From the NCBI GenBank assembly GCA_964016885.1, contig OZ024745.1:12400001-12464000 (forward strand): a stretch of 64,000 nucleotides of DNA. The letters run 5' to 3'. The translations under genes were made by a program, and so were the position numbers. The stretch is from Eledone cirrhosa (taxonomy: Eukaryota). Under the pieces are notes generated by a model. That model did not search any database and had not been told where the DNA came from. It was given only the letters and a program-made list of their open reading frames with translations. Shown one piece after another: positions 40,423 through 52,420 of the stretch; the stretch's first letter is position 1; every line of letters begins with the position of its first letter.

Positions 40423-41048
40423 GAAGAGAGAAGAAACATTTAGAGATAATTAGTAATAAACTGTATCATACCTAAACTGCTCCTAGATTCCTCGACTACG
40501 TAGTTTCGTGGCATAAACAAAAACAATACATCATAAAGATATAGAGTCCTTGCGAGGTCTGCCGACTTATCAAGAGGATACCTCATTTTACTAGTCTCAA
40601 GAACGCGTCTACACGACGTGAGAAAGAATCCCAAAAGGTGGAGGGGGAGATAGTCACGCGATATAACGGTCGAGAAACAGAGCTAAGCCTCTTATAACCC
40701 CGAAGAAAATACCACGGAGGCGGAGGGGGTATTTATATCGAAGCCGTAGAAGAGGTGGTGAAGGGGGCGAGAAGTATGAGTAATGGAAGCTTTCCAGCAG
40801 TCCCCACACTTCAAAGATTGCTCGACCAGAGGGAGTTATTAACAATATATTTAGAAACACACAGATACATGCGGACACACACATATACATGAATGCATCC
40901 GCACCCAACCGTGAGTTAAGGGTGCCAACTTCACCGATGTTGCTCAATGAATGACTGGGACAGACCAATCCGGTTGAACTAGACTGAACCAGTATCAGAG
41001 TTAAAAATACATTATGAAGAGAGAAGAAACATTTAGATATAATTAGTA
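40418..41048 (-). mobile_element. Retrozyme/Penelope-pLTR-like 593-nt monomer, copy 1 (one unit plus 38 nt redundancy)
   Basis: 40418-40455 repeats at 41011-41048 (period 593, one mismatch). Contains a hammerhead. Bordered on the left by (TA)n. Confidence 0.8.
40489..40578 (-). ncRNA. Type I hammerhead ribozyme, U3-A8 variant (copy 1)
   Basis: Reverse complement of 41354-41443. Confidence 0.82.
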
Positions 41049-41194
41049 TGTGTGTGTCCGCATGTATCTGTGTATTTCTAAATATATTGTTAATAACTCC
41101 CTCTGGTCGAGCAATCTTTGAAGTGTGGGGACTGCTGGAAAGCTTCCATTACTCATACTTCTCGTCTCCTTCACCACCTCTTCTACGGCTTCGA

Positions 41195-41202
41195 TATAAA
41201 TA
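41195..41202 (+). promoter_or_regulatory. Candidate TATA box in the 593-nt monomer
   Basis: TATAAATA in GC-rich context, ~240 nt upstream of the hammerhead cleavage site on the same strand. Confidence 0.35.
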
Positions 41203-41353
41203 CCCCCTCCGCCTCCGTGGTATTTTCTTCGGGGTTATAAGAGGCTTAGCTCTGTTTCTCGACCGTTATATCGCGTGACTATCTCCCCCTCCGCCTTTTG
41301 GGATTCTTTCTCACGTCGTGTAGACGCGTTCTTGAGACTAGTAAAATGAGGTA

Positions 41354-41443
41354 TCCTCTTGATAAGTCGGCAGACCTCGCAAGGACTCTATATCTTTATG
41401 ATGTATTGTTTTTGTTTATGCCACGAAACTACGTAGTCGAGGA
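41354..41443 (+). ncRNA. Type I hammerhead ribozyme, U3-A8 variant, extended loop II; predicted cleavage after C41438 (GUC)
   Basis: TCCTC-TTGATAA-GT(C)GGCA...TGCCAC-GAAA-CTACGTAG-TC-GAGGA: stem I TCCTC/GAGGA, stem II with one bulge, palindromic stem III ACTACGTAGT. Confidence 0.82.
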
Positions 41444-41671
41444 ATCTAGGAGCAGTTTAGGTATGATACATTTTATTACTAATTATATCTAAATGTTTCT
41501 TCTCTCTTCATAATGTATTTTTAACTCTGATACTGGTTCAGTCTAGTTCAACCGGATTGGTCTGTCCCAGTCATTCATTGAGCAACATCGGTGAAGTTGG
41601 CACCCTTAACTCACGGTTGGGTGCGGATGCATTCATGTATATGTGTGTGTCCGCATGTATCTGTGTGTTTC

Positions 41672-41735
<64 letters not shown>

Positions 41736-41885
41736 TAACAGATTAAAGTTTAAGCAAAGAATCGCTGCTTTCACCCTTAACGGGATCTTCTGAAACTAAA
41801 GTAGTAAATCTGTGAACGCAGAAGTAAATATTTCGAAAAACGTTACACACTATATATATATATACACACGCTATATATACATACA

Positions 41886-41898
41886 GACACACACACGC

Positions 41899-41956
<58 letters not shown>

Positions 41957-41957
41957 G

Positions 41958-42024
<67 letters not shown>

Positions 42025-42050
42025 TCACTCACTCACTCACACACACACAC
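41886..42050. repeat. (CA)n microsatellite
   Basis: Direct inspection. Confidence 0.95.
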
Positions 42051-42797
42051 AGCGTCATAATGACGTAGTGCAGACAGCCAGTCATATAGACAGCTATTAT
42101 AAGGGCGCAACGTAATATCTATCTAAAAAGAGAAAGACTAAGAGAGAGAGAAAGAGATCGCTAAATCGCCTCGTGCGGTCCCTAGGGCATTGAAAATTTG
42201 AAAAAGATTTTGCTCAGAACACGCAACAGGACCATAAGTAGTACATGTGTAAAATTTGAATACAATCGGTTGGGTGGTTCTCGAGTTTTAGGAATTGTAC
42301 AGACAGACAGACAAACAGACATTCTCTGTTTTAGTAATATAGATTAAAAGATGTCATGAGAGCCACGATGTCCCAACCAATCTGGCGATCATAACGGTCG
42401 AATCATCTGTTGCAGGTCAGCTTCATTATCTCCCTGAAATGAATGTCTTTGTTAAAAAGTATTGAGAAAATTTAACATTTGAAATGTAGTCGTCCCAATG
42501 GAAGTGACCAGAAGAATAGTCAATCACTATAAATGCTATTTGATAAAACGTTTCCTAAATTAAACGTTTTGTTTATAGTTCTAGTTACAGGCTTAAAATC
42601 TTAAAACAAGACAGAATTGCTGACCAAACTGGTTCGTTGACAGTTTATAACTCAATTTTGAAAAGACATAAAACAAAGTTCAAATAGAAAATAACAAATT
42701 CCCTGAAAAAGAAACAACATATTTGCCTGAAGTGTTGACGGTCTATTACAGCAGACTATACATGTGGTTAAATACACGACTACCCATTTACAGCAAC

Positions 42798-42828
<31 letters not shown>

Positions 42829-42842
42829 TGTGTGTGTGCGTG

Positions 42843-42917
<75 letters not shown>

Positions 42918-42960
42918 GTGTGCGTGTGTGTGCGTGTGTGTGCGTGCGTGTATGTGTGTG
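42798..42960. repeat. (TG)n microsatellite
   Basis: Direct inspection. Confidence 0.95.
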
Positions 42961-44036
42961 TTATATACCCAATTTTCTTGAACTGTATTATAATTATTAT
43001 ATTTTATAATATCCAGTGCATTACTAATAAAGTACCAGTGCATTACTAATAAAGTGCATTACTATAAAGTACCAGTAATGCACTGGGTAATTGCTGGCCT
43101 TGTGCCTAAAGTAGAAACAATTATATTTTATAATATCCTTTGCAAAAAGCACGCCCTTTATATATATATATATTTAACGAAGGGTAAAAGTGAGAAGTAG
43201 AGAAAGTAAAAGGAAGTATTTGTTAGATGAGAAAACACGGTTATTAGATGAAATAATAATAAGAATAAATGATTTGGTTTATATATGGTTTACTTCACGT
43301 GAATCAATTAAGAAGTACAATAAAACAGTTACCAAAAGTTGAGAAGTTTGACGTTATCGTCGTGAGTCTGAGACCATAGTGAGTGAGAAAGAGTAATGGT
43401 TTGTATATGGTTGTAGACCACTGTGGCTTGTAGATAGCGGAATATCTTTCACATAGCGGGTCTGTAGTAGTAGGGCTCTAATCTCTCTGTATCTCTGTAG
43501 ACCACTGGGGTCTGTTGATAGTGGTGAATCTTTACATAGCTTGTTCTGTAGAGTAATAACATACGTTTAAATAGCTTGACAAATCGAACATTGTGGTAGG
43601 CGAAACTAACACAATATATACCAAAGTAACGATAGAACTAATCAGGTTGAGAAAAGTACACCTGGACAAATCAAACGAATATATATATATACCTGTATAG
43701 TATCCGTAAAAATATTTAATTACATAATTCCTTGATTACAATATATGTGAAGACGCTTGAATCTGCACGTGTTCCTTTTTCTGTCAGTGTCACTGTCAAC
43801 CTTGACTTTTATCTGTGTCCTTGTATTACTGTGTATATATCTAAAAATAGTTATTTCAAAGAATCCTTGTTCTTTAAAATCCTTTGGCCAATGACCTCCC
43901 CTCATCCCCCAAATCACCACCTTCCCCTCCCACCAGAGAACATACAACAGTTTTACAAGTAGAGTCAGCTTTACAGATGATTTCTTTTGAATGAAACAGG
44001 TTTAATCCTGTAAAAGCCTATTAAACATTATATATA

Positions 44037-45304
44037 CAGGCTGTCCATAATTTACAATTTACAATTTTAAAAAATTATTACAAAAGCAAATGAAAATAAA
44101 ATATGTGAAAATTGTTATAAAATGAGGAGAAAGTTTTTTATAACTAATTTAATACACCTCTTTATGGGCAGCATTAGTTGCACGAAGCACATCAAGATGG
44201 TACTAGATTTCTTGCCATGTTTACTGTAGCATGGCCTCATCAATGGAGGCAATAGCACCAGTGATCTTTTGCTTTAGATCAGTGATGTCTCATATCTTTG
44301 ATACACGATATCTTTTACATAACTCCATAGAAAGAAATCCAGCGGTGTGATATCTGGTGAACGAGGTGGCCAAGGAATTGGGCCATCCCTTCCAATCCAC
44401 CGGTCTGTAAATGTTTGATTTAGGAACCCACGAACGTACAGTCCCCAATGTGGTGGTGCAGCATCTTGCTGGCAAATGATGGTTGGTTGAAGGTCATCTA
44501 GTTGTGCCACATATTCAGTCAAAAGGTCAAGGTAAACATTTGCAGTAATTGATGTCTCTTGACGAAATAGGGACCAACTTTTCGATTGCACATAATCCCA
44601 GACCACACATTCACCTTTGGACTCGGTGAAGTTCCCTAGTCACGTGGAGGTGTTCTGATCCCCAGATTCTCACATTGTGTGTGTTCAGTTTTCCTGAAAC
44701 ATGAAAGCTTGCCTCATCACTAAAACATCTTCAGAAATTCGTTCCAGCCTGTCAACTGCAAACTCTTTTCGTCTTGGTTTATCATTTGGCTCGAGTGCCT
44801 GTAAGGGTTGCACTTTGTAAGTATCGCAAGGTGTAGGAGTTTTTGTATTGTTGAACGTGGCATCTGTAACTGTCTGGCAGCAGTACGGATGGATTTTGTA
44901 GGAGAACGCTGAAAGGCTTGTCTTACACGATAGATATTTTCCTCAGATGTTCTTGGTCGTCAACTCCTCTCTTTATCTGGCACTGTCCCTGTCTCATTAA
45001 ATTTCTTGTGCCATACACGAATTGACAGACGTGGCGGTGGATCTCTTCCATACTTAGTTCTGTAGTTTCGCTGAGTCTGCGTATCCGATTTTGTTTCAAT
45101 AAACCATGGCACACATTGTGCCTTTTCTTGAGGAGTAGCCATTTTTTAGGGGTTCATTTAACAGAATACCAGACATACACAAATGCAGTTTGATTAAAAA
45201 CATTGATAACTACTGAGAACATAGAACAAATCTGATTAAGATATCTCATCAATTGCCTTTGTAATATATTTTTTAAATTGTAAAGAGACTTTATGGACAC
45301 CCTG
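44037..45304 (-). mobile_element. Tc1/mariner DD41D (rosa-type) transposon, both ends present but decayed
   Basis: TA TSDs at 44035-36 and 45305-06; imperfect TIRs CAGG(C/G)TGTCCATAA..tttacaattt. Transposase fragments include an N-terminal HTH region (44960-45142) and QQD-x41-D with WPPRSPDITPLDFFLW (44274-44606). Multiple frameshifts. Confidence 0.92.
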
Positions 45305-45842
45305 TATCTATATATTATATGTATTGTAAAAAAAAACGGTTGTGAGAAAACGGGGGAGAAGAGAGAGGGGTGTATTGAAAGGAAGAGAGACATGATGTAG
45401 GGACGTTACTACTTCAATAAGTATTTTCACATTATATATCTCCGCCATTGCTTATCTCCCTTGAACTCATCAGCCAACATGTCTTAAAGGTCGTTATATA
45501 TAAACAATATATTCAACATATACAATCTATTAACGAATTAAAACCACTTAAACTATATTTTAGATATATATTTTAATCAATATATTAACATATTAAACTA
45601 TCAGTAGGTTAATATCAATTATTCTGTTCTCAAGGCTGATATATTTTGACTTACACCAGTGATAATCACAAAGGAGGAAAGGTTTGAACGATGGCAGGTA
45701 GAAAATGTTCTTCTATTTTACCACATAATCTATTTTATTGTATTTTATATTATTTTGTTTTCGTTATAAGAGATATTTTAAAACCATTAAATGGATTAAA
45801 GTGTTTAGTAATACATTGGTCGTCTGTTGTAATCGTCACATA

Positions 45843-46156
45843 AATATGTATGTTTATGTATATATGGATGGTTGTATGTAGCCGTGTATATATATATATG
45901 TGTTTGTATGTAGGTATGTGTATGTATACATGTATGTGTGTGTATCTATGTATGTGTTTGTATGTAGGTGTATGTATATATACGTATGTATATGTATGTA
46001 TATATGTGTGTATGTATGTGTATATATGTATGCGTATGTATGTATGTGTATATATGTATGTATGTGTATATATGTATGTGTGTATGCATGTACGTGTATG
46101 TATGTATGTGTATATATGTATGTATGTGTATATATATGTATGTGTGTATGTATGTA
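45843..46156. repeat. Degenerate (TATG/TG)n low-complexity tract
   Basis: Direct inspection. Confidence 0.9.
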
Positions 46157-46309
46157 TTGGTATGAAGTAAGTATGGTCCCTTAATTTCTGATGGAGTCGT
46201 ACGGTGAGTCTTAACACTTTAAACCTGATGGAGTCCATTTCCTCTCCAGTTCTAAACACAGTCGATTTCTGGGAAGGATAGAGAGAGTGAGAGAGATAGA
46301 GAGAGTAAG

Positions 46310-46467
46310 AATTGACCCCAGTACTAAACTTTTTAGTACATTTTTATCGCTCCCGAATGGATGAAAGGCAAAGTTAACCTCAGCGAGATTTGAACTCAGA
46401 GAGAAGAGAGTTGAAACAAATACGACAAGGTAGCCGACGTTCTAACAACTCCACCAATTCCCACCTT
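46310..46467 (-). mobile_element. SINE family A copy
   Basis: Similar to 3975-4134. Confidence 0.7.
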
Positions 46468-47130
46468 CAGATATAATAAATTGAAACAAGAAAAAATTTC
46501 AACAGCCAAAAAGTTTAAACCTCAATCTAACGAGAACATCCTTCCCTTCTCATGGTATATCTGATTATGTGATCTAAGGACTCTTCTGTGTGTTACACTG
46601 ACTGGCTGGGGCCATGCTGGGGCACTGCCATTAATATGTTTATGTTAAAAGAAAAAATGTTCAAGTGTAATTTTAGTGAAGTTTGGTTGTTATTTCTAGC
46701 AGGTTGGGTCAACTCCTTCGTTGACGCCTGAAGAAAAAAAAGTAAAATGTAGATGTGGCTCAGCCCCATGTTGGTTTTTATCAAAGGTCGTCTAACAATG
46801 TCTCCGACTACAATATCCAATATGGCTGTTCTTTCTTTTTAAATAGATATTAAGTATATCAATGAAATACATAAATGATTAAATTTCTATTTAATCATTT
46901 TTTTAGCTTTATTTTTTAAGAAAGGATGTAATTTGATGTAGATTTGACTGCTATTTCTAATAGGTCGGGCTCCCTTGTGGTTTAAAACAATTAATTGTTT
47001 CTACTTTTGGCACAAGGCCAGCAATTACCTAGTACATTACTGGTACTTTATTTTATCGACCTCGTAAGGATGAAAGGCAAAAAACAATTAATGAAAGTAA
47101 AATAGCTGTGAAATGGCTGGACCAACTCGA

Positions 47131-47228
47131 GTGAGGAGACGACATTTGTCTGGTGCAGCTCCAGTGCGGAGACGACATTTATCTGGTGCAGCTCCAGTGA
47201 GGAGACGACATTTGTCTGGTGCAGTTCA
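47131..47228. repeat. 33-bp tandem repeat x3
   Basis: GTGAGGAGACGACATTTGTCTGGTGCAGCTCCA at 47131, 47164 and 47197. Confidence 0.9.
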
Positions 47229-47925
47229 GGAAGTGAACGAAAATATCAACCCGAGAAAAACGTCACAGAAAAAAGCGATACTTTGTGTGGCTAGAAAACA
47301 AAATGGTTTACCCCAGTATTTAAGTTTTTCTGTAATTTTTCTATCGTATATCTGTATGTGTGTATCAATGTTATTGTTTTAAAATATATACTGATATATA
47401 TTGTGCGGGTTGCTAACATCTCGTACAGACCTCTATGCGTAGAGTAGAAGCTCATCAGACCAGTGCTTATCTTGGTTTCATTGGCGTTAGGTAACTGAGA
47501 GTTAAAGATATCCTCCTGGTCAGGACACCAATCCATCGCAGGCTTAACCTCCAAGCTACTGCTGTTACTCATTTTCAGCTGAGTGGACTGAAGCTATATG
47601 AAATGAAGTGAAAACTCCAGTGTAAATATATTTACACGAAGGTTTCAACTGAGTTGCTTCCCTTGCATAAGCTGCACAGTTTGTGGTTTTTAACGTATCT
47701 ATTGATATGTGAGACACAAGCCATTTACAATTGTTGATACTGTTACTGTTGGCAATTTATTGTGTATTGTCAACTGATTGTCATGGAATTTCTCTACATA
47801 GCAGTATGGTGACTAATAGGAAAAGTTCAATACCTAAAATCTGAGTTGCTATGGATAAAACCAGTGGTACAGTGGCCAAGATCGGATTACTTGGTATATT
47901 TACTGGGATCAGAAGCATGATGATC

Positions 47926-49420
47926 GAGATCAGTGGTGCAGAAGCTTAGATCAGTGGTGCAGAAGCTGAGATCAGATGTGTGATGGCTGAGATCAGTGGT
48001 ACAGAAACTGAGATCAAATATGTGATGGTTGAGATCAGTGGTACAGAAATTAAGATCAAATGTGTGATGGTTGAGATCAGTGGTACAGAAACTAAGATCA
48101 GATGTGTGATGGTTGAGATCAGTGGTACAGAAACTGAGATCAGATGTGTGATGGCTGAGATCAGTGGTACAGAAACTGAGATCAAATGTGTGATGGCTGA
48201 GATCAGTGGTACAGAAACTAAGATCAGATGTGTGATCGCTGAGATCAGTGGTGCAGAAACTGAGATCAAATGTGTGATGGCTGAGATCAGTGGTACAGAA
48301 ACTAAGATCAGATGTGTGATGGCTGAGATCAGTGGTACAGAAACTAAGATCAGATGTGTGATGGTTGAGATCAGTGGTACAGAAACTGAGATCAGATGTG
48401 TGATGGCTGAGATCAGTGGTACAGAAACTGAGATCAGATGTGTGATGGCTGAGATCAGTGGTACAGAAACTGAGATCAGATGTGTGATGGCTGAGATCAG
48501 TGGTACAGAAACTAACATCAGATGTGTGATGGTTGAGATCAGTGGTACAAAAACTGAGATCAGATGTGTGATGGCTGAGATCAGTGGTACAGAAACTAAG
48601 ATCAAATGTCTGATGGTTGAGATCAGTGGTACAGAAACTGAGATCAGATGTGTGATGGCTGAGATCAGTGGTACAGAAACTGAGATCAAATGTGTGATGG
48701 CTGAGATCAGTGGTACAGAAACTAAGATCAGATGTGTGATCGCTGAGATCAGTGGTGCAGAAACTGAGATCAAATGTGTGATGGCTGAGATCATTGGTAC
48801 AGAAACTAAGATCAGATGTGTGATCGCTGAGATCAGTGGTGCAGAAACTGAGATCAAATGTGTGATGGCTGAGATCAGTGGTACAGAAACTAAGATCAGA
48901 TGTGTGATGGTTGAGATCAGTGGTACAAAAACTGAGATTAGATGTGTGATGGCTGAGATCAGTGGTACAGAAACTGAGATCAAATGTGTGATGGTTGAGA
49001 TCGGTGGTACAAAAACTGAAATCAAATGTGTGATGGCTGAGATCAGTGGTACAGAAACTGAGATCAAATGTGTGATCGCTGAGATCAGTGGTGCAGAAGC
49101 TGAGATCAGATGTGTGATGGTTGAGATCAATGGTACAGAAACTGAGATCAAATGTGTGATGGTTGAGATCAGTGGTGCAGAAACTGAGATCAGATGTGTG
49201 ATGGCTGAGATCAGTGGTACAGAAACTGAGATCAAATGTGTGATCGCTGAGATCAGTGGTGCAGAAGCTGAGATCAGATGTGTTATGGCTGTGATCAGTG
49301 GTACAGAAACTGAGATCAAATGTGTGATCACTGAGATCAGTGGTACAGAAACTGAGATCAAATGTGTGATGGTTGAGATCAGTGGTACAGAAGCTGAGAT
49401 CAGATCTGTGATGGTTGAAA
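47926..49420. repeat. 42-bp minisatellite (~35 copies), made of two 21-bp halves
   Basis: Monomer GAGATCAGTGGTACAGAAACTGAGATCAGATGTGTGATGGCT. Confidence 0.97.
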
Positions 49421-49509
49421 TAAGATATGTAGAGCCTAAAGAGGAATTACAAGGGCTGCAAATTTACTAATAATTTATACTATTTCTATCAATAAATATT
49501 ACCTTTCAG

Positions 49510-49662
49510 AAAATTCCGGTTTAAAGAAAGTGCGACTACTTTCATTAAAACAAATTCATGAAGCGAAGAAAAAAATAAAGAACTATATTAGAGTGACACC
49601 TCTGGAATACTGTCCATACTTGTCTAAAATGGCAGAAGGTTCTCATGTATATATAAAATGTG
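49510..49662 (+). CDS. Serine/threonine dehydratase (serine racemase family), internal exon A
   Basis: ttcag|..|gtaagt. Translates NSGLKKVRLLSLKQIHEAKKKIKNYIRVTPLEYCPYLSKMAEGSHVYIKC. Phase-1 junction completes KC-E-NLQ with the next exon. Confidence 0.9.
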
Positions 49663-50660
49663 GTAAGTATTTTAGGAGTTGACCTGCTACTATATTCCTT
49701 AATCTAATTTAATTTTTATTGCTTCATGTATCAAGGAAAGAGTGGCACCATTTTATTCAAAACAAATGTACCAGTTATTATACAAAAATTGTTTTTGGCA
49801 AATTTTATATATTAGGAGATGAGGGAGAGGGGTACCATAATCTTTTAAGTGCTAAGGGCCTCAAAAAAACATAACCCAGCCCTGGTAAACCCCTTTACTC
49901 CACACAATTGGCAAGTAAATTGACCATTGATACAGAGAACTCTCACTTCATATTAACAATTTACTAGCATTATCTTACTGCATACCTTGATTCCAAGCCT
50001 TAAACATTATCACCTGACCAGACCAATAAGAAAGAATCATTTGATGTCTGCTGTATTCCACCTAATCAAATAAATCCATTTATCTTTTTGTTGCCTGAAG
50101 GATCACACAGAAATAATAAAATGAATCAACAGTTTTTGAATGAATAGAGAGATATTGAAAGAAGTCTTATTTCAATAGGATCTTTGAAAATTTAAACTAT
50201 TAAACTAATTATCAGTTATTGCTGTGTGTAATTCAGTTTTTAGAATAAATACACCACATCTCTGCTGTGTGGGGTAAGAGGCAACTAAAAGGGTTGGTGT
50301 CGTCTGGCTGTAAAACATTGTCTCAAAACATTCTGTCCAACCCATACCAACTTCTTGTCCTCCTCCTTCTTCTCCTTCTTTTTGGCTTTTCCTGTAAAAT
50401 CAGTCCAGAAATATTCTAACCACATGTTCGTAGTACCAGAGCTGTGATCTTTCAATAAAAATAAAGTAGTGACTCTCTGATCTGCGAGTTACGTACTCTG
50501 TTGAGTAACATTACTCCAAAGACCCTTCAAAGGAACCCCATTCCAGCCACTTGTATTCTTTCAGTCATTACAATTAACATTCAGTAATCAACATATTGTT
50601 TAAACATTTCTTCAGTTGATCAAATCATATATAAATACTTGACTTTGATTTCTCTTTTAG

Positions 50661-50794
50661 AAAATTTGCAGTGTACAGGGTCTTTCAAAGTACGCGGTGC
50701 CTTTAACAAACTATACTTGCCTAAAGAATCCATTCCAGATATTTACAGTAAAGGAGTTGTGACAGCATCTACTGGTAATCATGCTTTGGCCTGT
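50661..50794 (+). CDS. Serine/threonine dehydratase exon B (PLP-binding lysine)
   Basis: tttag|..|gtaagt. [28 protein letters not shown] contains the SFKxRG and SxGNH motifs. Confidence 0.93.
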
Positions 50795-50924
50795 GTAAGT
50801 AGTTTAAATATCAAAACTTGCTTTCTTAGTCACATTAGATCCAACAAGAACTGCATGTATTATGATATATATTAACATGGAATCACACTAGATATATCTA
50901 GATTGAGAGAATTAAAAGCATATC

Positions 50925-51130
50925 TATCATCATCATCTTCATCGTTTTTACATCTGCTTCTCCATGCTAGCATGGGTTGGACGGGTCCTTCTCAGCATGG
51001 CATCTCTCCACTTGTTTGTGACACAAGTGACTGTGTCTTACTTATAGAGAACAGTTTCTGGCTTGGTTTTTACAGCTGGATGTCCTTACTAACAACAACC
51101 ACATTTACAGTGTGGGCTGAGTGCTTTTGG
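50925..51130 (-). mobile_element. SINE-like element with (ATG)n tail (family C); second copy at 52665-52870
   Basis: Both copies share catcatcat..cca(t/c)gctag..gggtt.gac and gcttggttt..tggatg.cctt.ctaa..caacc. Confidence 0.55.
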
Positions 51131-51167
51131 TTGGGACACCTACTCGACAACTTTACAGTGTTTTACA

Positions 51168-51253
<86 letters not shown>

Positions 51254-51427
51254 GGAAGCAGAAAATTGCTTTTTGTGATCCAGTTCGGGGTTAAGAAACC
51301 CAGTTTCATGGATGGTTTCAACGTACGGTTAGAGGTAACTCCACAAGTTTGTAAGAATTCTGTTCAATCTTGGAGTATAAAGTATAAAAGAGAAAACACA
51401 GGTAAGCATTAAGAGAAAGGTGTGGAC

Positions 51428-51601
51428 TGGGTGGACTGGGTGCTTTTCATCATGGCAGCAACACTACCACCTTACCGGGTGGACTGGGTGCTTTTCATCA
51501 TGGCAGCAACACTACCACCTTACTGGGTGGAGTTGGTGCTTTTCATCATAGCACCATTTCTACCACCTTACCGGGTGGACTGGGTACTTTTCATCATGGC
51601 A
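51428..51601. repeat. 48-bp tandem repeat x3.6
   Basis: GGGTGGACTGGGTGCTTTTCATCATGGCAGCAACACTACCACCTTACC. Confidence 0.9.
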
Positions 51602-51812
51602 CCATAGATGAAACAGGATTCCCAGAATGATGATGTAATTCTAAAGAAGGGGTATGTTTGGTAAAGGTGATGGAAGATGAGACAAGAATCATAAAAGCAG
51701 AAGAGGTGAGTATATTGTGTAAGTTTAGATGGAATTTCAGGTGTAAACGCATTAAGTTTTGTAGCGTAAAGGATGTTGAGATGGTGTATTATTTCTTGGT
51801 TATTTATTCAAG

Positions 51813-51927
51813 GCTTGAAATATTTGAAGAACTACCTGACGTTGATAATGTTTTTGTACCTGTCGGTGGAGGTGGCCTTATTGCTGGCATCGCTGCATAT
51901 CTAAAGCAAGTAAACCCAGATATAAAA
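51813..51927 (+). CDS. Serine/threonine dehydratase exon C (glycine loop)
   Basis: caag|..|gtaagg. [38 protein letters not shown]. Confidence 0.92.
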
Positions 51928-52420
51928 GTAAGGATATATCTTCTTCTTCTTTGCTCACTTGTTCTTGGGAGGGTTATAGGGGCAAAATCTTAAATCAATC
52001 CTTCCAGTGGTTCCAGGCACATGTGGACAGATTTTACAAGCAAAACAAACCAGCAGGAGACCCAGAGGTAGACCCCGTTCAAGGTGGTTGGATAATATCA
52101 ATAAGCTCAGCTGGTCTCACATGGGGATCCAGTCAGATCTATTGGAGGTGGTTGAAATATAAATCTACTTGTAAAATGAAAAATTAATTTTCTCTACTCA
52201 CCACAGGTTCTCATACCTCTAACACTAAAAAGGTCCCCCCACCCCTAGATTAGAAGCTTCCTCTTTAACCCATTTTTACAATCCAAGTCAGCATATTGGC
52301 AGAATATTAGAGTAGGAGCAATATTTCTACTTAAAACTATAAGTGACCAAACAAGATACAAGATATCAAATACATTTGTTATCATGCTTACTATTTACTA
52401 TCTTCTATTTTGAAATGTAG

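Larger units (their letters stand above)
41047..41680 (+). mobile_element. Retrozyme/Penelope-pLTR-like 593-nt monomer, copy 2 (one unit plus 41 nt redundancy, different permutation)
   Basis: 41047-41087 repeats at 41640-41680 (period 593, one mismatch). Reverse complement of copy 1 but opened at another point. Bordered on the right by (TA)n. Confidence 0.8.
39998..42343 (-). mobile_element. Non-autonomous Helitron-like element hosting nested insertions
   Basis: Minus-strand 5' end A|TCTATATTACTAAAACAG followed by (GTCT)n at 42343. The 3' hairpin CCCGAGCAACGCCGGG (40010-40025) lies ~11 nt before a CTAA (CTRR) terminus. Pairing the two ends into one element is inferred. Confidence 0.6.

Noticed and set aside
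40440-41492. Short ORFs (64-104 aa) within the 593-nt monomer
   Set aside because: Mostly non-ATG starts, no recognisable domain, and duplicated only because the DNA is duplicated.
47946-49470. 496-aa and 471-aa ORFs with a 14-aa repeat just upstream of dehydratase exon A
   Set aside because: The 42-bp monomer is open on both strands by composition, the + ORF stops at 49470 before the acceptor, and no convincing donor links it to exon A. Not excluded without RNA data.
51253-51706. Good donor sites at ~51400 and ~51706 as candidates for the missing dehydratase exons
   Set aside because: Upstream translations show no resemblance to the expected family motifs.
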